DNA of 63,017 nt, the filler included, from Lenisia limosa (taxonomy: Eukaryota; Protista; Breviatea), in NCBI GenBank assembly GCA_001655205.1. It is 12 parts of 12 records of this genome, joined end to end, with 100 filler letters (N's around TTAATTAATTAA, not from the genome) between each part and the next. Parts side by side here need not be neighbours in the genome. Positions count along the whole stretch, not along the records: positions 13,901 to 32,225 come from LPNZ01005975.1; positions 32,326 to 34,332 come from LPNZ01000369.1; positions 34,433 to 44,915 come from LPNZ01009886.1; 9 more parts are not named here. One strand, given 5' to 3'. A program made the translations under genes and the position numbers. Below the pieces are notes generated by a model. That model did no database searches. It worked only from the letters and a program-made list of their open reading frames with translations, and was not told the origin of the DNA. Position 1 is the first letter of the stretch. The number at the start of each line of letters is the position of its first letter. Of the stretch, positions 24,598 through 37,786 are shown one piece after another.

Positions 24598-27500
24598 GAA
24601 GCATCATGTGAAGAAACAAGACAATAAAACTCCCGTGCCGCCTGGATCACCGCTCGTGAGGGGGAATAGATATTGTTAGGTGGGAGGTGGGCAAAATACA
24701 TACATATTTACCCATACTCTCATTTTTAAAATTAAACCGTACACAATATGGCTATATGTTGACGGTGAGACAATATGTATGTAGGTGCGTACTTTGAAGT
24801 TTTGTAAACGTAATTGTTGTATATTTCTGACCTCTACCGATACGATTCTTATATAAGCATGAGCTCTATCTTAAGTCAACCGTGCCAGGACCGCTAAATG
24901 TTGTAATTGTATTTCCAATTCGAGAAACATGTATCCGAGCTTAGTTGATTTCAGGTTATCCGCCCCTCCACCAATGCCACTCCTTCCATTGTCACCTCCC
25001 CTCTCCCCCCGGCTCCTTCATCATCGCGATTCACCAAGGAGGTAACTGGAAGTATTTCTAACTCTACAATTTTCTACACGGGACAACCTACCTTCTCTCT
25101 TATGATATTCGAAAAGTACTATTTAAATGGGCTGAAACATACATTTGGTGTAATATATCCCAATCCTAGCCCTTTTTGAATGTTCAATATTTTTTATATC
25201 GCACCTACAATATGTAAAGTTCAAGGTATACAAAAGTAATACTATTTTATGACGACAAATAGAGTCATAGTTCACAATTAACCCATCTCACAAAAAATCA
25301 TAGCTCATCTGATATTTAATAATATACTTAATGATATTTCGTTAATATATAACTAATTACCACTCCACATGTGGATATCATAGGATCACAATTATTTCAA
25401 GAAATATATGTTATCACAGATAACTGACTGAATGAAACAAACACTTTTCCTTACCCAATTATACCAACCCAGGAACTTGGTCCCTTGATGGCCCTTTTAT
25501 CGCCCATGCCGAAGAGACGAACAGCTTCCATGTACGTGGAGTTTTGGCACTTTGTACTCTCTCCCCTTGTGGTCATACTCAAGGGGATTTTGGGAGGCCC
25601 AGAGTAGAGGGTTAGGATACTCCAAACAAGGCATGTTAAAGGTCAATATTTTCCAACTGGAGTGAAGCTTAGATCTGAAATTCCCAGGGTCCTAGGGTCT
25701 TCTGAGATTGTGGAATCTCAATTCATATATCTAAGTTTGAAAAAAGAAATAACAATTTATCATAGGTGAATGTTATGTGAGTATCTATTTTTCTTATTTC
25801 AACAGAGGTGTGACATGCATCATTCAAGAATTGTATTTTGAGAATTATATATTCTGTGAATTAACAATTTAAGGCCGCCCTCATGTCCCAAAGAAGCTCA
25901 AAACAAAAACACCATATTTTTACAAATGTGAGCCAATGTCATTCTTCCGAACATATGTATATCTGTATGAGTGTGTTTGTGCGTGGAAAAGGATGTATGT
26001 GGGGTTTAATAGATGTTAATTAATTAACTATATTCCTAGTATTAAATAACATATCTTTCTTGGTATTCAATTACATGATATGAAGACATATATTATCTTG
26101 AAATAATGTCCACATTTTTCATCACCTAAATTGTATTTACTACCAGTGTATTTTAAAAATCTAACAAGTTTTGTATTATATCAATAAACCTTTACTTTTG
26201 CAGAGACCGTTCGCCAACCTTTAAAACCCCGGAAAAGCCGAAGTTAGCTTCATCAAAAAAGACAGCACTTATGAACACGCTGAGTGCCAAAAGGGACCAT
26301 ATTGAGCCCCATGTACGCTGGAGCTATGTGATGCGGAGCTGAAGAACTGACTAGCCCAGTATTTGTTTATTTGTTTTGTAACCCTTGTGAGTTAGCAATA
26401 TTGCCAATAAAGTAAATATTGGGATTTTTTTTATTTTCAATTTTTTTCTCATTAATGTGTGTTATGTAATATTATGTCCCCTAATTGGGTTATGTATTAG
26501 AATAACATCTACTACTACACAAAACTGAAACATCATCTATTTGTAATCGCAATTCAAATTCCCCCTAAATCTAGGATAATCCTATCACAGGTGTTGTTTC
26601 AGTCCCATAGAAACGTACATTGCCCCCAACCGCCACCACCATCCCCCCTTGTAGGTGATTTTTTCACATACAGTGACCGCGATAAGTCTTGACTGATTGT
26701 TTTAAAATCAGGTTATGCGTCACCCAAGACGAAGACATCATTCACGCGCCCTAAAAGTTGAATTCTCAAGGTAAGGTCGGTTGAAATATAGCATTCAATA
26801 GTTGTCTAAACAGAAAAATTCAACTAAAATTTGGTGATTGTACTCAATTGTCCTCATATTTAACCCCAATAAAGATGTTACATGTCAACTTTCCAAAAAA
26901 GACTAAATTTCTGGATAAATCGTCTTGAGTTATCATGTATCCGTATCTTTCTGAAGGCAAATTTTGTTTGTCATTAAAACATACAGGAAAAATACGGATC
27001 AACTTGAAGAGCAACATTCGAGTCCCATCATCCAACCACAAAGAATCAGCCTTCCACGAAACAGGTTTGTGTGCGTGTTGATATTTGTAATTGAATATAT
27101 AATTTGCAGTAATTTGATCGATATTCATATATATCTTCAATTTATCAATTGAATCTTTAACAAATCACTAAACTGATTTTACTGAAGTTCTAGCAATTAT
27201 CAGTATACTATCGAAATATATATTATTCATCGAAAAATTAAGCCGTCCGTCTCACCATTTCAGATACCGACGAAGATACTATCTTCGCTCCGTCTCACCA
27301 TCGTCATCATCAGACAAGGAACTTCCCGTGTCCCCATGTATGACATAAGTCTTCATAAAATCTATCCTCTGTTTGATACTCTGTTACATCTTCACCTCAT
27401 TGTATTCTTGACGCAAATTAATTCAATTTCAATTACATTCGAGTTCCAGTCTAAATCCTTTCCAGCCCAGCCACAACTTAGTGAAGATGATAGTACTGAA

Positions 27501-30500
27501 ACACCCTTGGTTATGCCTACTCGACCATGGGGCACTCCGATTGATAACACAAGCTCAAGCCTAGAAGCAAGGTAAGCATGTTCAAGAAAGTTCATACTGT
27601 GAACATTAAACTTGTAATAACAATTGAAACAATCAAATGCACTTTTTAACACAGTGACTACGTGTATTATCACCCAGCCCCTCTCCAAACCCACCTCCTG
27701 CCGAAATCGAAGACGGGCTCGTGGTTGTCCGTCCACAGCGAATGACAAGGTTGCAGTTTTCCATTGCTGACTCGGAAGAGGAGGTCATAAGATGCTCCTC
27801 ATCGTCGGAATCTGATAAGCCTTCTGCCAATGGTGAGGAATATTATAAGTCGTACCCCATGAGTGCGAACACTCACCTGAGTGCGAACAAAAATACCAAA
27901 AGTGTCCCAATTTTGACTAAAATTTGTGGTTAAATGATGGATCAGTGTATTTGGTCAAATTTGAGTGATGAATAATGGCAGAAAATAATACAATGAGAAT
28001 GAATGGTGTGTAAAAATTTGAATAATATACTATGATGCGGTAAAGGGAGGTGTTCCATGGGTAGTGATGGTTGATTGTTAAAACAAAATATAGTTTGTAT
28101 ATTATTTACACGTTACAATGTCACATCGCTGATCCATGACATCAATACAAGATAAATAAGAATAGCTAATGCTAGCAGTATACACAATTAAATCCACATC
28201 TAATTGGTGTAACGTCAGAATGGTTGTCAAGATTTGTATTTCTATGTTCACAATTATAATCTGTAGAACTGGAAAATCGACGAGAGGAAGGAAAGAAGTT
28301 ACTTGCCGACCTTATCGGCCAAAAACTCTCGGTATGAAACAGAGCTTGTACCGTCATGCAAAATGCTACTATGACGCTTCCTTGGTGGCATTACCAAGGA
28401 GCTGTTTAAATGTCTCTTTTCGGTGGTTGAAAAAGACTGTTACAATGTCAATATGTTTAGAGAACTTTTCAAACAATATAGGCATTCTTTGGTACAAAGT
28501 GAAGTCGTAATCAAATCATTGCTATGAATGTTCTTTGGTGATTTTTTCAAAAATAGTACAATAAGGCCTAAACCTCGGAATATTTTTTCGTATCTTCATT
28601 GAGCTTTAGAAATTTGAGATTGTCGGTGCGCTCATAGCCAACAACTATGCGTTACATTTGAGCTACCTCGCAAGGTTTGTTGTCTAAGAAATAGAACAAC
28701 ACTGTCTTTGAACAAAGCTGTAGTGTATAGATAATTACTTGGAATCTTGATATAATTGAGATAGCTATTAAAAACAATTTAGACTCCAATATTCAACAAA
28801 AATATTTTCCACAGTTTCCGCGAGATTCATCTATAACTATTTGAATCGAGTTCAATTGAGTTTGGTCAATTACAACTTAGTGTCCATAAAGGCTTTTAAA
28901 ACTTATAATCATAAAGTACATACTTATGTCTGTTTTGTGATGTGGACGTCATTACTGTATAAGTGAATGTCTCATCCAACATCTATACATTGTATTAGAA
29001 AAAAATTTCTGAAATATAGAAATATAATTCTATTATAAACGTATTCATAGTACTTGTTCAGAACAAATTTCCCAATTTTGATTCATTATCACATTATCAC
29101 AGAGACCGGCTGTACAACGACTATCCCCCAGACCTGACAATATTCAACCAAGTCATGGCTAAGGCCCAAAGTATTCAGCTCACCTGTGGCGGCCACATGG
29201 CACAAGCGGTGACTTGGGGTATTCATCCTTGACAGGTTGTCAATATAAAGTACTCTGTTTTAGCGATTTTTCTATGATCCTATAGTAAGAAGCAAAATAA
29301 GACAATGTGCCAATGATAATTAGAAATATTATTTCTAAATGTCTTTCAGTTACATTCTTCCAGTTCTAAATGAATATAACTTTATTTTCCTAACTTAATA
29401 AATCTTCCATAAATATCAGTTTTTTGGCACCGTAGTAAAGCCCTCATTAAAACTGATTCAGATTTAATTCAGATGTGCTGAATTATTTGTTAATTGGTTA
29501 GAAAGAAACAGTACACCGATTAGTTCTTCGAACAATGAGGGCAATTTCTTTCAAGCATCCAGTGTATTGGGAAGTAACTATCCAACAAGTATGCTTGAGT
29601 GATTAATAGAATACTATAATCCCTTATCTCTTATTAGTGAGATGGTGTGGACAGCTTCGGCCAATATAATATTGTTCACCTCAATAGCTATATTGAATAA
29701 ATATGGCTAAATCAATATAATTATATCGCTCAAAAGCATTATGCTTTGACCAAATATTATTTGTTATTCTCCGATTTTTACATAATCGCCGAAACATATA
29801 TCACGATGCATTCTACTTAGTAGGCACCAAATTGAAAATTACACAAACGTTACCCAAAGTGGTTAACTAAGATAACATAAATGAATCACGTTTGCAGGTT
29901 GTAACCCATGCCCATTTGATGATCGGTGTTGCTGATGAGAAGATATCAGAATTCCATTACACCCCTGATGACCCTACATCGCAGTGGGAAGGAAGAATCA
30001 TTAGGAAATTACGGCAAAGAGGAATATGGAATCGTATTTTCCTTGTATTTTTAACATCTTAGGCCTAAAGGTGCAGCTGTTCATACAAGTGGAAAAGTAA
30101 GCAGACAGGTTACTATTGCAGCGTGGAGGAAGTTTCATAATTAACTAGTACCACATCTACTGTTTGGTAATTTTTCAAAATTCAGAATTGATATGATATG
30201 TTTTCTTCAACCGAATGTTACATTTGCCCACCTCATTTTAAAACAGGTTCAATACGCTTGTAATCGAATTGACAGTCAACTACCAGAGATAGAAAATAAT
30301 TCTACCGTTTCAGTTTTAGTCTCATCACGGCCTATAGCTGGTAGGATGTGTGGATAATTTAAAACTGAATGGATATGTCACTCCTACAGTTGGTATGGAT
30401 TGCTAGTTGGAGTTCACTTTGGTTCAGAAAAGGAGATAAATCTTCTAAAACTATTGATATGTTATCATACTGCAGTGAAGCTTTAGTTGTTAGTAATACT

Positions 30501-31512
30501 TCCAAACATAATATTGTGCATATCTGACATTAGTTTCGGGTTTTGGTGTGTCCATATAGAGCGCGTAGTATAATTAACAGGTTGTTAATCTCAATATTAT
30601 TTCAATATTTTGAAATTGTGAATGATTTCTATTTATAGAAATGGTGAATGAAGATTCCGAAGATGCATGTGATAATATTTCTAGATATTTGGAAATAAAA
30701 TGAACATACATGAATTTGATGCCAGGTGTCCCCATTGTCACCAGCTAAACCTCACTAGGAATGACAATATTTGGTGAAATCTCCAAAGATTCAACCCACT
30801 TTGTTACCTTTGCAGTGAATGGACTTTGGTCCAGCTTTGGTGAGGGGGGATTTTGATTCAACTGTTAATTGGGGCTCTTCGAGTAAAATGACAAACTTTG
30901 GAGTTCTTCAAGTTGATTATTAATTGTTTATTGGTATTAATTGTGATCCCCTCCCCGCAGCATTCCCTCTATACATCACAGGCGACTTGTATCCAGGTAT
31001 CACGTGTGGTAAGGTATGCACCTTTTTCGCACTTTTGGGTTGAAATATTATTCTCATAACATTTCCATTTTCAAAATAGGAAAAGGTAACTGGCCTGGGC
31101 TATGTGTGGTTGTTTTCAACCCTCCTTCCAAGTTAATGTTCAAATCTGGTAACTTTGGTTCAGAGACGCGATTGGTAAACTATCAAAATATCTATGATTT
31201 ATCGAGAAATTATGGGGGATGGAGTATCTGAAAAAGGACATATTTGGCAGTCATTTTCTGGGTCAGCCCAACTATAACCATCCAGACAGCAAATTTGTTT
31301 CTTCTTCGTGCATGTGAACTTGATTTTAAGGTTAGATCACAAGAACTTTGATAATCATAACATTTTCAAAACGCTAATATCCCTTCTCGTGTCGTATGAT
31401 ATAGTATTACAGTTTTATCTATATTGTTCCTTTTTACCCCCTCACCAGTTTGCTGAAACAATACCTGTTGCCAGATGGCAGCCTTATTGCACCCGTTGAA
31501 GCTAAAATCTAA
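24598..31512 (+). CDS. Large intron-rich hypothetical protein with a Ser/Pro-rich N-terminal half
   Basis: Many + exons with canonical sites, e.g. DRSPTFKTPEKPKLASSKK (~26210), VMRHPRRRHHSRALKVEFS, YRRRYYLRSVSPSSSSDKELPVSP, PSPNPPPAEIEDGLVVVRPQRMTRLQFSIADSEEE, ELENRREEGKKLLADLIGQKLS, VVTHAHLMIGVADEKISEFHY, CPHCHQL. Start, end and some phases are uncertain. Confidence 0.5.
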
Positions 31513-31715
31513 ATTATCTTCTCGTATTCTTGTTTTGTATATTAATTCTGTGGGATTCAGCTATCTGATGAAATTACTGATATTTCAGAATCAAAAATCC
31601 CCTTCCACGAACAAAAACCATAAAAACTATATTAAATACGGACAATGTCACCAACATAAGACCCTTCAAACACCAAAAAACTAAACAGCCTAACAGAATA
31701 TACATCACCAACGCT

Positions 31716-31840
31716 TCAATCGCTGTCTTCCTCCTCACCCGAAGACTCATGGGTTAGACCACTGAGCCATCGCGATGCCAACTGTCCGCCTGACACTGTT
31801 TTGGCCTGGAGCTTCATCACTCGAAGACACCCGCTTTCAA
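31716..31840 (-). CDS. Probable terminal exon of a gene running off the scaffold
   Basis: After a CAG acceptor: ESGCLRVMKLQAKTVSGGQLASRWLSGLTHESSGEEEDSD*. The block is GC-richer than its flanks. Confidence 0.3.
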
Positions 31841-32325
31841 CTGCGTGTGTCAAGATCGGGGAAAATCAAATCTTAAATCCAGAGTAGTATGTTTAATGAT
31901 AGTTTTATTTAAGTTAAAGAGGGACACAAACAATGATAGCATAGCAACATAGTTATCCATTTGTAATTTCGTTAATATGTTAAGAGACTAATTTCAGTTC
32001 ATCTGATATTAAAATTGAAACAATTCCTCTTTTGAAATAATTTTGAGCCAAATAGCCGATATTAATTCTTCCTCCCCCCTTCCGCCAATAACAGTTATTT
32101 GTTTCCCCTTACCATTCTGCTACCCTCATATATGAATATATCCCCACACCCCACCGAGTCTGTGGATACCCCCCCTCATACAACCTATTTTGCTACCATC
32201 TGTTTTACTACTCCCCCGTACAAGCNNNNNNNNNNNNNNNNNNNNNNNNNNNNNNNNNNNNNNNNNNNNTTAATTAATTAANNNNNNNNNNNNNNNNNNN
32301 NNNNNNNNNNNNNNNNNNNNNNNNN

Positions 32326-34332
32326 GCAAAGAACTGCAAAGGATCTTTGCAGAATCCTTCCAGGTCCATGAGAATTGCGTGGATGTACAACGCCACGTAG
32401 GGACCGCAGTTGTAGCCGTACATTTGGCAATTGTCTCCGAGAATTCCGCGAACACCGGCTACACCGGTCCAAATGCTGAGAAGGTGAAGGGCGATTCCAC
32501 CTCCACTAAGCCTTCGATCGTGGCGATGAGTGATTTGCAGCATCTACGTTGTGTTATGAAGGTTGACATGAAAGGAAAATCGAAAAGATAATAATATTAC
32601 TTGTTAATGAGTGATAATCAAGGGATAAAACTGAAAATAGCACGGAATAATAAGAGGTGCTACAGAGTGATATAGGTGTGTGGGGGGGGGACAAACATGC
32701 CCAAGCAAACAGTCGATAACTTCATCGTCTGAGAGAAAGCAAGAGACCCTGTCCGCACGGCAGGACACCACCACTAGTGAATGAGGCTCGCGGCATGGGA
32801 CGGTTGTCACCACAAACTCGTGGCCAGCGTCGGACAACACCGACTTGCACTGGCCGGTGTTGATGACGCTCGTTGCAACGCCGGAGGAGGCGACAGCGAT
32901 GCTGATGTCAGATTTGGCCCCGACAATAGGCACAGACACGAAGATCTTTGCCATTTTTGGAGTTCTTATTCGACCTTTGGCGGTGATCTCTACCACCGTC
33001 AGCCTCATGTTCGCATCGAGCGAGCAAACTGACGACCAGCTTATGACGTGGTTTTCGACTGCCCAGTATTTGATTAGGCAACTGTCCCTTAGACTCAGCT
33101 GACCCCCCCCCCCTCATTGTTTGACACAAATCTTTGTTCAAACCTGCTGGTCTTGGACGTCGTCTTCGCGACAGTAGGAATCCATCATCGGATGCGTAGT
33201 AATAACGAAACTGTACGGGTAGCCAACTGGGGCCGACATGTAATGCAGAAAGAAAGGCATCCTGTGGGAACATTTTTTTTGACGCCCTCAGGTAGGCCAT
33301 TACGAAGTTCTGCATTTCACTGCCTTGCGTGGTGTTCTCGTTTGTTATGAAACTGCTTTTACCCCGACCTGCCATCAGGTCAACGACTCTTGCCAGTTGG
33401 CACACATCGGACAATGAGAATTCTGACTCAATGACGCACGTAACGGTATCTACTAATATGAATTTGAGAATTCTGTCCAACAAGTTAAATAATATTACGT
33501 TCATCACAACAAGAATCTAATGGAACAATTTCTACTGAGGCCAAGGAACATGGTGATACCATCTTAACAATTTTGTCAAGCCTCTCGATGCTCCAGTCGC
33601 ACTTTCTGTAGCTGGAAATGTAGCTGGCTGCAACTACATTCTTAATGTAGCTGGAAATGTACATTATCTGTTGCTTCCGGGAACTTGTTATCTTTCCCGT
33701 TCCTTCATATAAAAATACATTTGACGACTTAAACCTGGCAATTCTATAATGTCCTCACCAAAACATATTGTTAAGAGGATTTATTCCTAAGGGAGAGAAC
33801 GTCATGCATTGCTGCGGAACGATCTGACGTGTCTACTTGCTGGATTTTTCCTCGTTAAGCCAAGCGGCATCCTCCCCTAAATATTGTCAGTATAATCCAG
33901 ACAAGGAAGCAGCAAACATTCAAACGCAGTCGGGTGGTCAATGTGCCGACTTCCTAGCGGCATTAGGATGATAGTCATCACCTCCTGACCACTCCTTATG
34001 AGAATCACCTCCGCATTTGTTTCGTACTCTAAATGGACGATACCGGGGCAACGGCAATACGACTCCACAACCGCGGTTCCTCCCCGGACGACCAACTTCG
34101 GTGTTCCCAGAGCTTGTTTCTACTACTGACCCCACGCAGACGGGATAACACGAGTACTTGTATGGAAGCTCCGGCTTCATCACGGGTGGCATCCGCATCA
34201 CGGTTTCCTGCCGAATAAGAAAAGGAAGTAGAGTGGGAGGAGCTGTGAGCCAAACCCACCGAAAGCGGAATACTTGGTGGTATAATGGGGCCGGCATTTC
34301 GGCTACACTCCAGCTATATCGATGAATCAACA
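32326..34332 (-). pseudogene. Degenerate coding region with Ulp1/C48 protease-like motifs and a CxC...HxxH motif; possible DNA-transposon relic
   Basis: The minus strand gives FLSDDEVIDCLL (cf. WLNDEVIN) and QMYGYNCGPYVALYIHAIL (cf. QxNGxDCGxF/YV). Upstream is YCRCPGIVHLEY...LGSRHIDHP, followed by an in-frame stop and more coding-like sequence. No clean catalytic His-Trp found; frames are broken. Confidence 0.33.
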
Positions 34333-34679
34333 NNNNNNNNNNNNNNNNNNNNNNNNNNNNNNNNNNNNNNNNNNNNTTAATTAATTAANNNNNNNNNNNN
34401 NNNNNNNNNNNNNNNNNNNNNNNNNNNNNNNNAACACAACAAAGCCCTAGCCAGTCGCTTCTGGGGAGGGGGTGAAGGCTCACGGAAGCAGGTAGTACAT
34501 GTATGCACTATTGCTCTCGAGTTTATACAATAGTTCAAAGGGCAAAAGACCAAGCATTATGATGATCATGAATATACACGTGAAAATACCTAACGCAAAC
34601 AAAGTGTCGACATAACCTTTGACCTTTCTAATGGCAAATAGCTGAATGATTCTGGTACTACTAGATATTTGAAACCCAC

Positions 34680-37299
34680 CTCCATCCTGAATTTCGGGTA
34701 GCCTAAAGGGTCTGACTTTCGCTTCTGAACACAATTAGGAATAATAATCAGAATTTGTATGAGTGTGGGGGGGGGGTATCGTGAGTAGGTGCAAGGAGAA
34801 CAGAATGTGCGACGCAAAATAAAAACACCTCGACCATTCATGCTCTAACCTGAAGGAAGAAAAGAGAGTAGAAAGAGAAGTAAGAGGGAGCTACCCAAAG
34901 CCTTTCAAGTTGATGCCCCCNNNNNNNNNNNNNNNNNNNNNNNNNNNNNNNNNNNNNNNNNNNNNNNNNNNNNNNNNNNNNNNNNNNNNNNNNNNNNNNN
35001 NNNNNNNNNNNNNNNNNNNNNNNNNNNNNNNNNNNNNNNNNNNNNNCCGGATCGGTTTGTCTCGAAGGTTGGGAGGAGAGGCTCGGGGTAGAAGGGCGAC
35101 TGGGGGAGTAAAAATGGATAATTGATGAAACAAAAAAAAAATTAGATGACGGGGTTACACAGGAGATTGAATTGATAAATCTCAACCAAATCAACTCTAT
35201 TGGGCAAGCAATATATTTTTTAAGTCTCTATGAAACTTGGACAAAAAAAAAATCCTGCAATCAGCATGGCTGACTTATCCCAAAACAAACCGGGAGGTTG
35301 GGATCGAGAGCCCGGAGGTCCCGGGGGACTTTGATGGTGGACACCATGCGATCACGGCCATTGGCTCGGGGNNNNNNNNNNNNNNNNNNNNNNNNNNNNN
35401 NNNNNNNNNNNNNNNNNNNNNNNNNNNNNNNNNNNNNNNNNNNNNNNNNNNNNNNNNNNNNNNNNNNNNNNNNNNNNNNNNNNNNNNNNNNNNNNNNNNN
35501 NNNNNNNNNNNNNNNNNNNNNNNNNNNNNNNNNNNNNNNNNNNNNNTGGTGTAAAGGAGGGATAAGAAGCAAATTCCGAAATGTTAATGATAATCTGAAA
35601 ATAAACGTGATGTGGACGGCTTCGACCAGGTGCTCTTCATTATTTCTCATCTTCACATTGAGTTTGCCACATACGGTGAAGGCGCTTTTGGATGGGAGGG
35701 CATGTTAAGAGATCTTTAATGGACGGACGGGCATTTGGGGAGGTGTCTGAAGAATTAAACAGCAACAAAAACAAAAAGCGACTGCGGGTTATGATTATAC
35801 ATGGTAAGCTTGGATCGATCAAGATCTACCACAGTCATAAAACACCTAGTCAGCTTCTGTTCTTATGAAACCAAACCAAATTTGTGATTGAACGAGTAAA
35901 AAATCCTTTGCAAACTGAGGCATTTTTTGACGATACTATGCAAATCATCCGAGTAACAGCTGGGGAGGCGCGGGTATGTTCCACGGATGACCTTCTGTGC
36001 GAGTTGGCGCTGATTATCGGCTTCGAAGGGGTGGCGCAAGGCTGCTAGCTCATACATCAGGCAACCTGCACGGGTTAGATACCCGGTATCATTGATGAAA
36101 TATTTAGCGTGTAATGAAAGGGACGAAAAAAAATTCCAATGATACAAACGGCTTGACATACCCCCTCACCAAGGGCCCAAACGTCGCTTTTCGTTCCGTA
36201 AGGCTGGTGCTTCCAAAGCTCGCTTGCCATATAAAGGGGAGTCCCAATCTGGAGCGGCGTTATCATTAAGAATATATGTATAGCCACGCTTGATTGCCAG
36301 GATTTTCGTACAGAGGCAATGGTGAGTGATATTGAATGCAGCGACAATGACAAAGAGAAAAGCAAATAGTTTAATTGTGTAAGCTCAGCATTTGTTTTAA
36401 CGATGATTCTTGCCGTTTAAAGTCGAATAATATGTCAAAGAAATAATATACTTGAATTCCATAAAACACAACCGCAATTTCAGAGCTATTATCTCAAAGA
36501 GCAGCAAAACAATCAATACAAATTAGGGTCAAACCTGTGTCTTGGTGATGTTGTTTTTGAGCAGCTTTGCTACTCCTAAATCACCGATTCGCACTTCAGT
36601 GGGAGAAACCAGAAATACATTTGGTGATTTGATATCCTGTAAAGGTCAAAGCGATTCCATCATAATGTACCGCTGAATATGCACTGAAACTGTTTAAAGA
36701 AATGTAAGAGGGTGCATAAACTTTCTCCAGTAGAGAAAACGTATCATTGATGAGAAACACAAAACTGATGCATTTATTATTGTGCTAGAGAGTAGCAGAC
36801 CCAAGCTTTACCCCCCAAACTCTATGTAGAATGTTCTTGGAGTGGAGGTGTTCAAGTCCATTACAGATCTGAATGAACACTGACCAAATAAAGTCCTCCT
36901 CAAAACGTCTGTGAATTCGTCTCTTGTTGTTGATGGCATCAAATAAATCGCCATGAGCGGCAATTTCAGTGATCTTAAAAGTCAGACCAAGGGCATTGGT
37001 AACGGAAAAACTCGCCACTCACAATACAGAGATGAGAGCCTTCTAAAAACGCCTCATGATAAGTGATAATGTTTTCATGGCGTAGAGAGGCCAGGAGGCG
37101 GATTTCGTTGACTGCATCGATTCTAACGAACATCAGACAAACAGTCCCAATCCACAAACCTTTCTCTTTGGGTCATTTCCCGAAGATTAACTTCTTTGAG
37201 AGCATATTCCCTGCTATCAGCAATTCGACGGACCTTATACACAACTCCATAACTACCCTTACCAAGCTGATTCAATATCTTAAAGTCGGCTTTTCCCAT
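34680..37299 (-). CDS. NEK: NIMA-related (NEK) Ser/Thr kinase, CNK2/NRK-like; 3' end truncated
   Basis: MGKADFKILNQLGKGSYGVVYKV...YALKEV; DAVNEIRLLASLRHENIITYHEAFLEGSHLCI; ITEIAAHGDL...NILHR-DIKSPNVFL...IGDLGVAKLL; IGTPLYMASELWKHQPYGTKSDVWALGCLMYELAALRHPFEA...; tail motif STIKVPRDLRALDPNLP. Confidence 0.94.
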
Positions 37300-37786
37300 T
37301 TTGAAACCTTATAATATGATAATCTAGGTTTAAAGCAACAGGCAAAGGGAAGGAAACACAAGTAATTGTTTCAAAATGCCCCTCTTTCTCAACTTATCAT
37401 CTTATTAAGCCCTCTTTTATTTTTTATTGACTGTTTTCTGTAGAATGCTGTTACAAGCTGTGCATTTCCCCCTTTTTTGTTTCTTCATTTTAACCCCCGC
37501 CGCCGCACAAATATATTGGGCAAAAACTCACTCTCACGAGCCTATCCATTTTTGTCGCTTTATACTTTTTTGTTGTTTTTGTCATCAATTCATCAATATC
37601 ATTTATCAATTTGAAATCAATCAGATATCAATCTATCAATCAACTAAAAAACTATCAACCCAACAACCAACCACTTCTAGCTTGAGAAAGGTAAACAATC
37701 TACAATCTAAAAACAACAACATATAAGTACAAAACTCGCATAAATAAAACTAGAACTAAGACAGAACACAACCTAATATCACGCCA

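Noticed and set aside
26016-26027. TTAATTAATTAA without flanking Ns (also at 51226-51237)
   Set aside because: No N padding and no break in local gene structure; most likely natural low-complexity AT sequence.
14900-32225. Endogenous virus or giant transposon suggested by the gap-free AT-rich block
   Set aside because: It resolves into ordinary spliced host genes (NOX and a hypothetical gene) and carries host repeat families. No capsid, polymerase, integrase or terminal repeats were seen.
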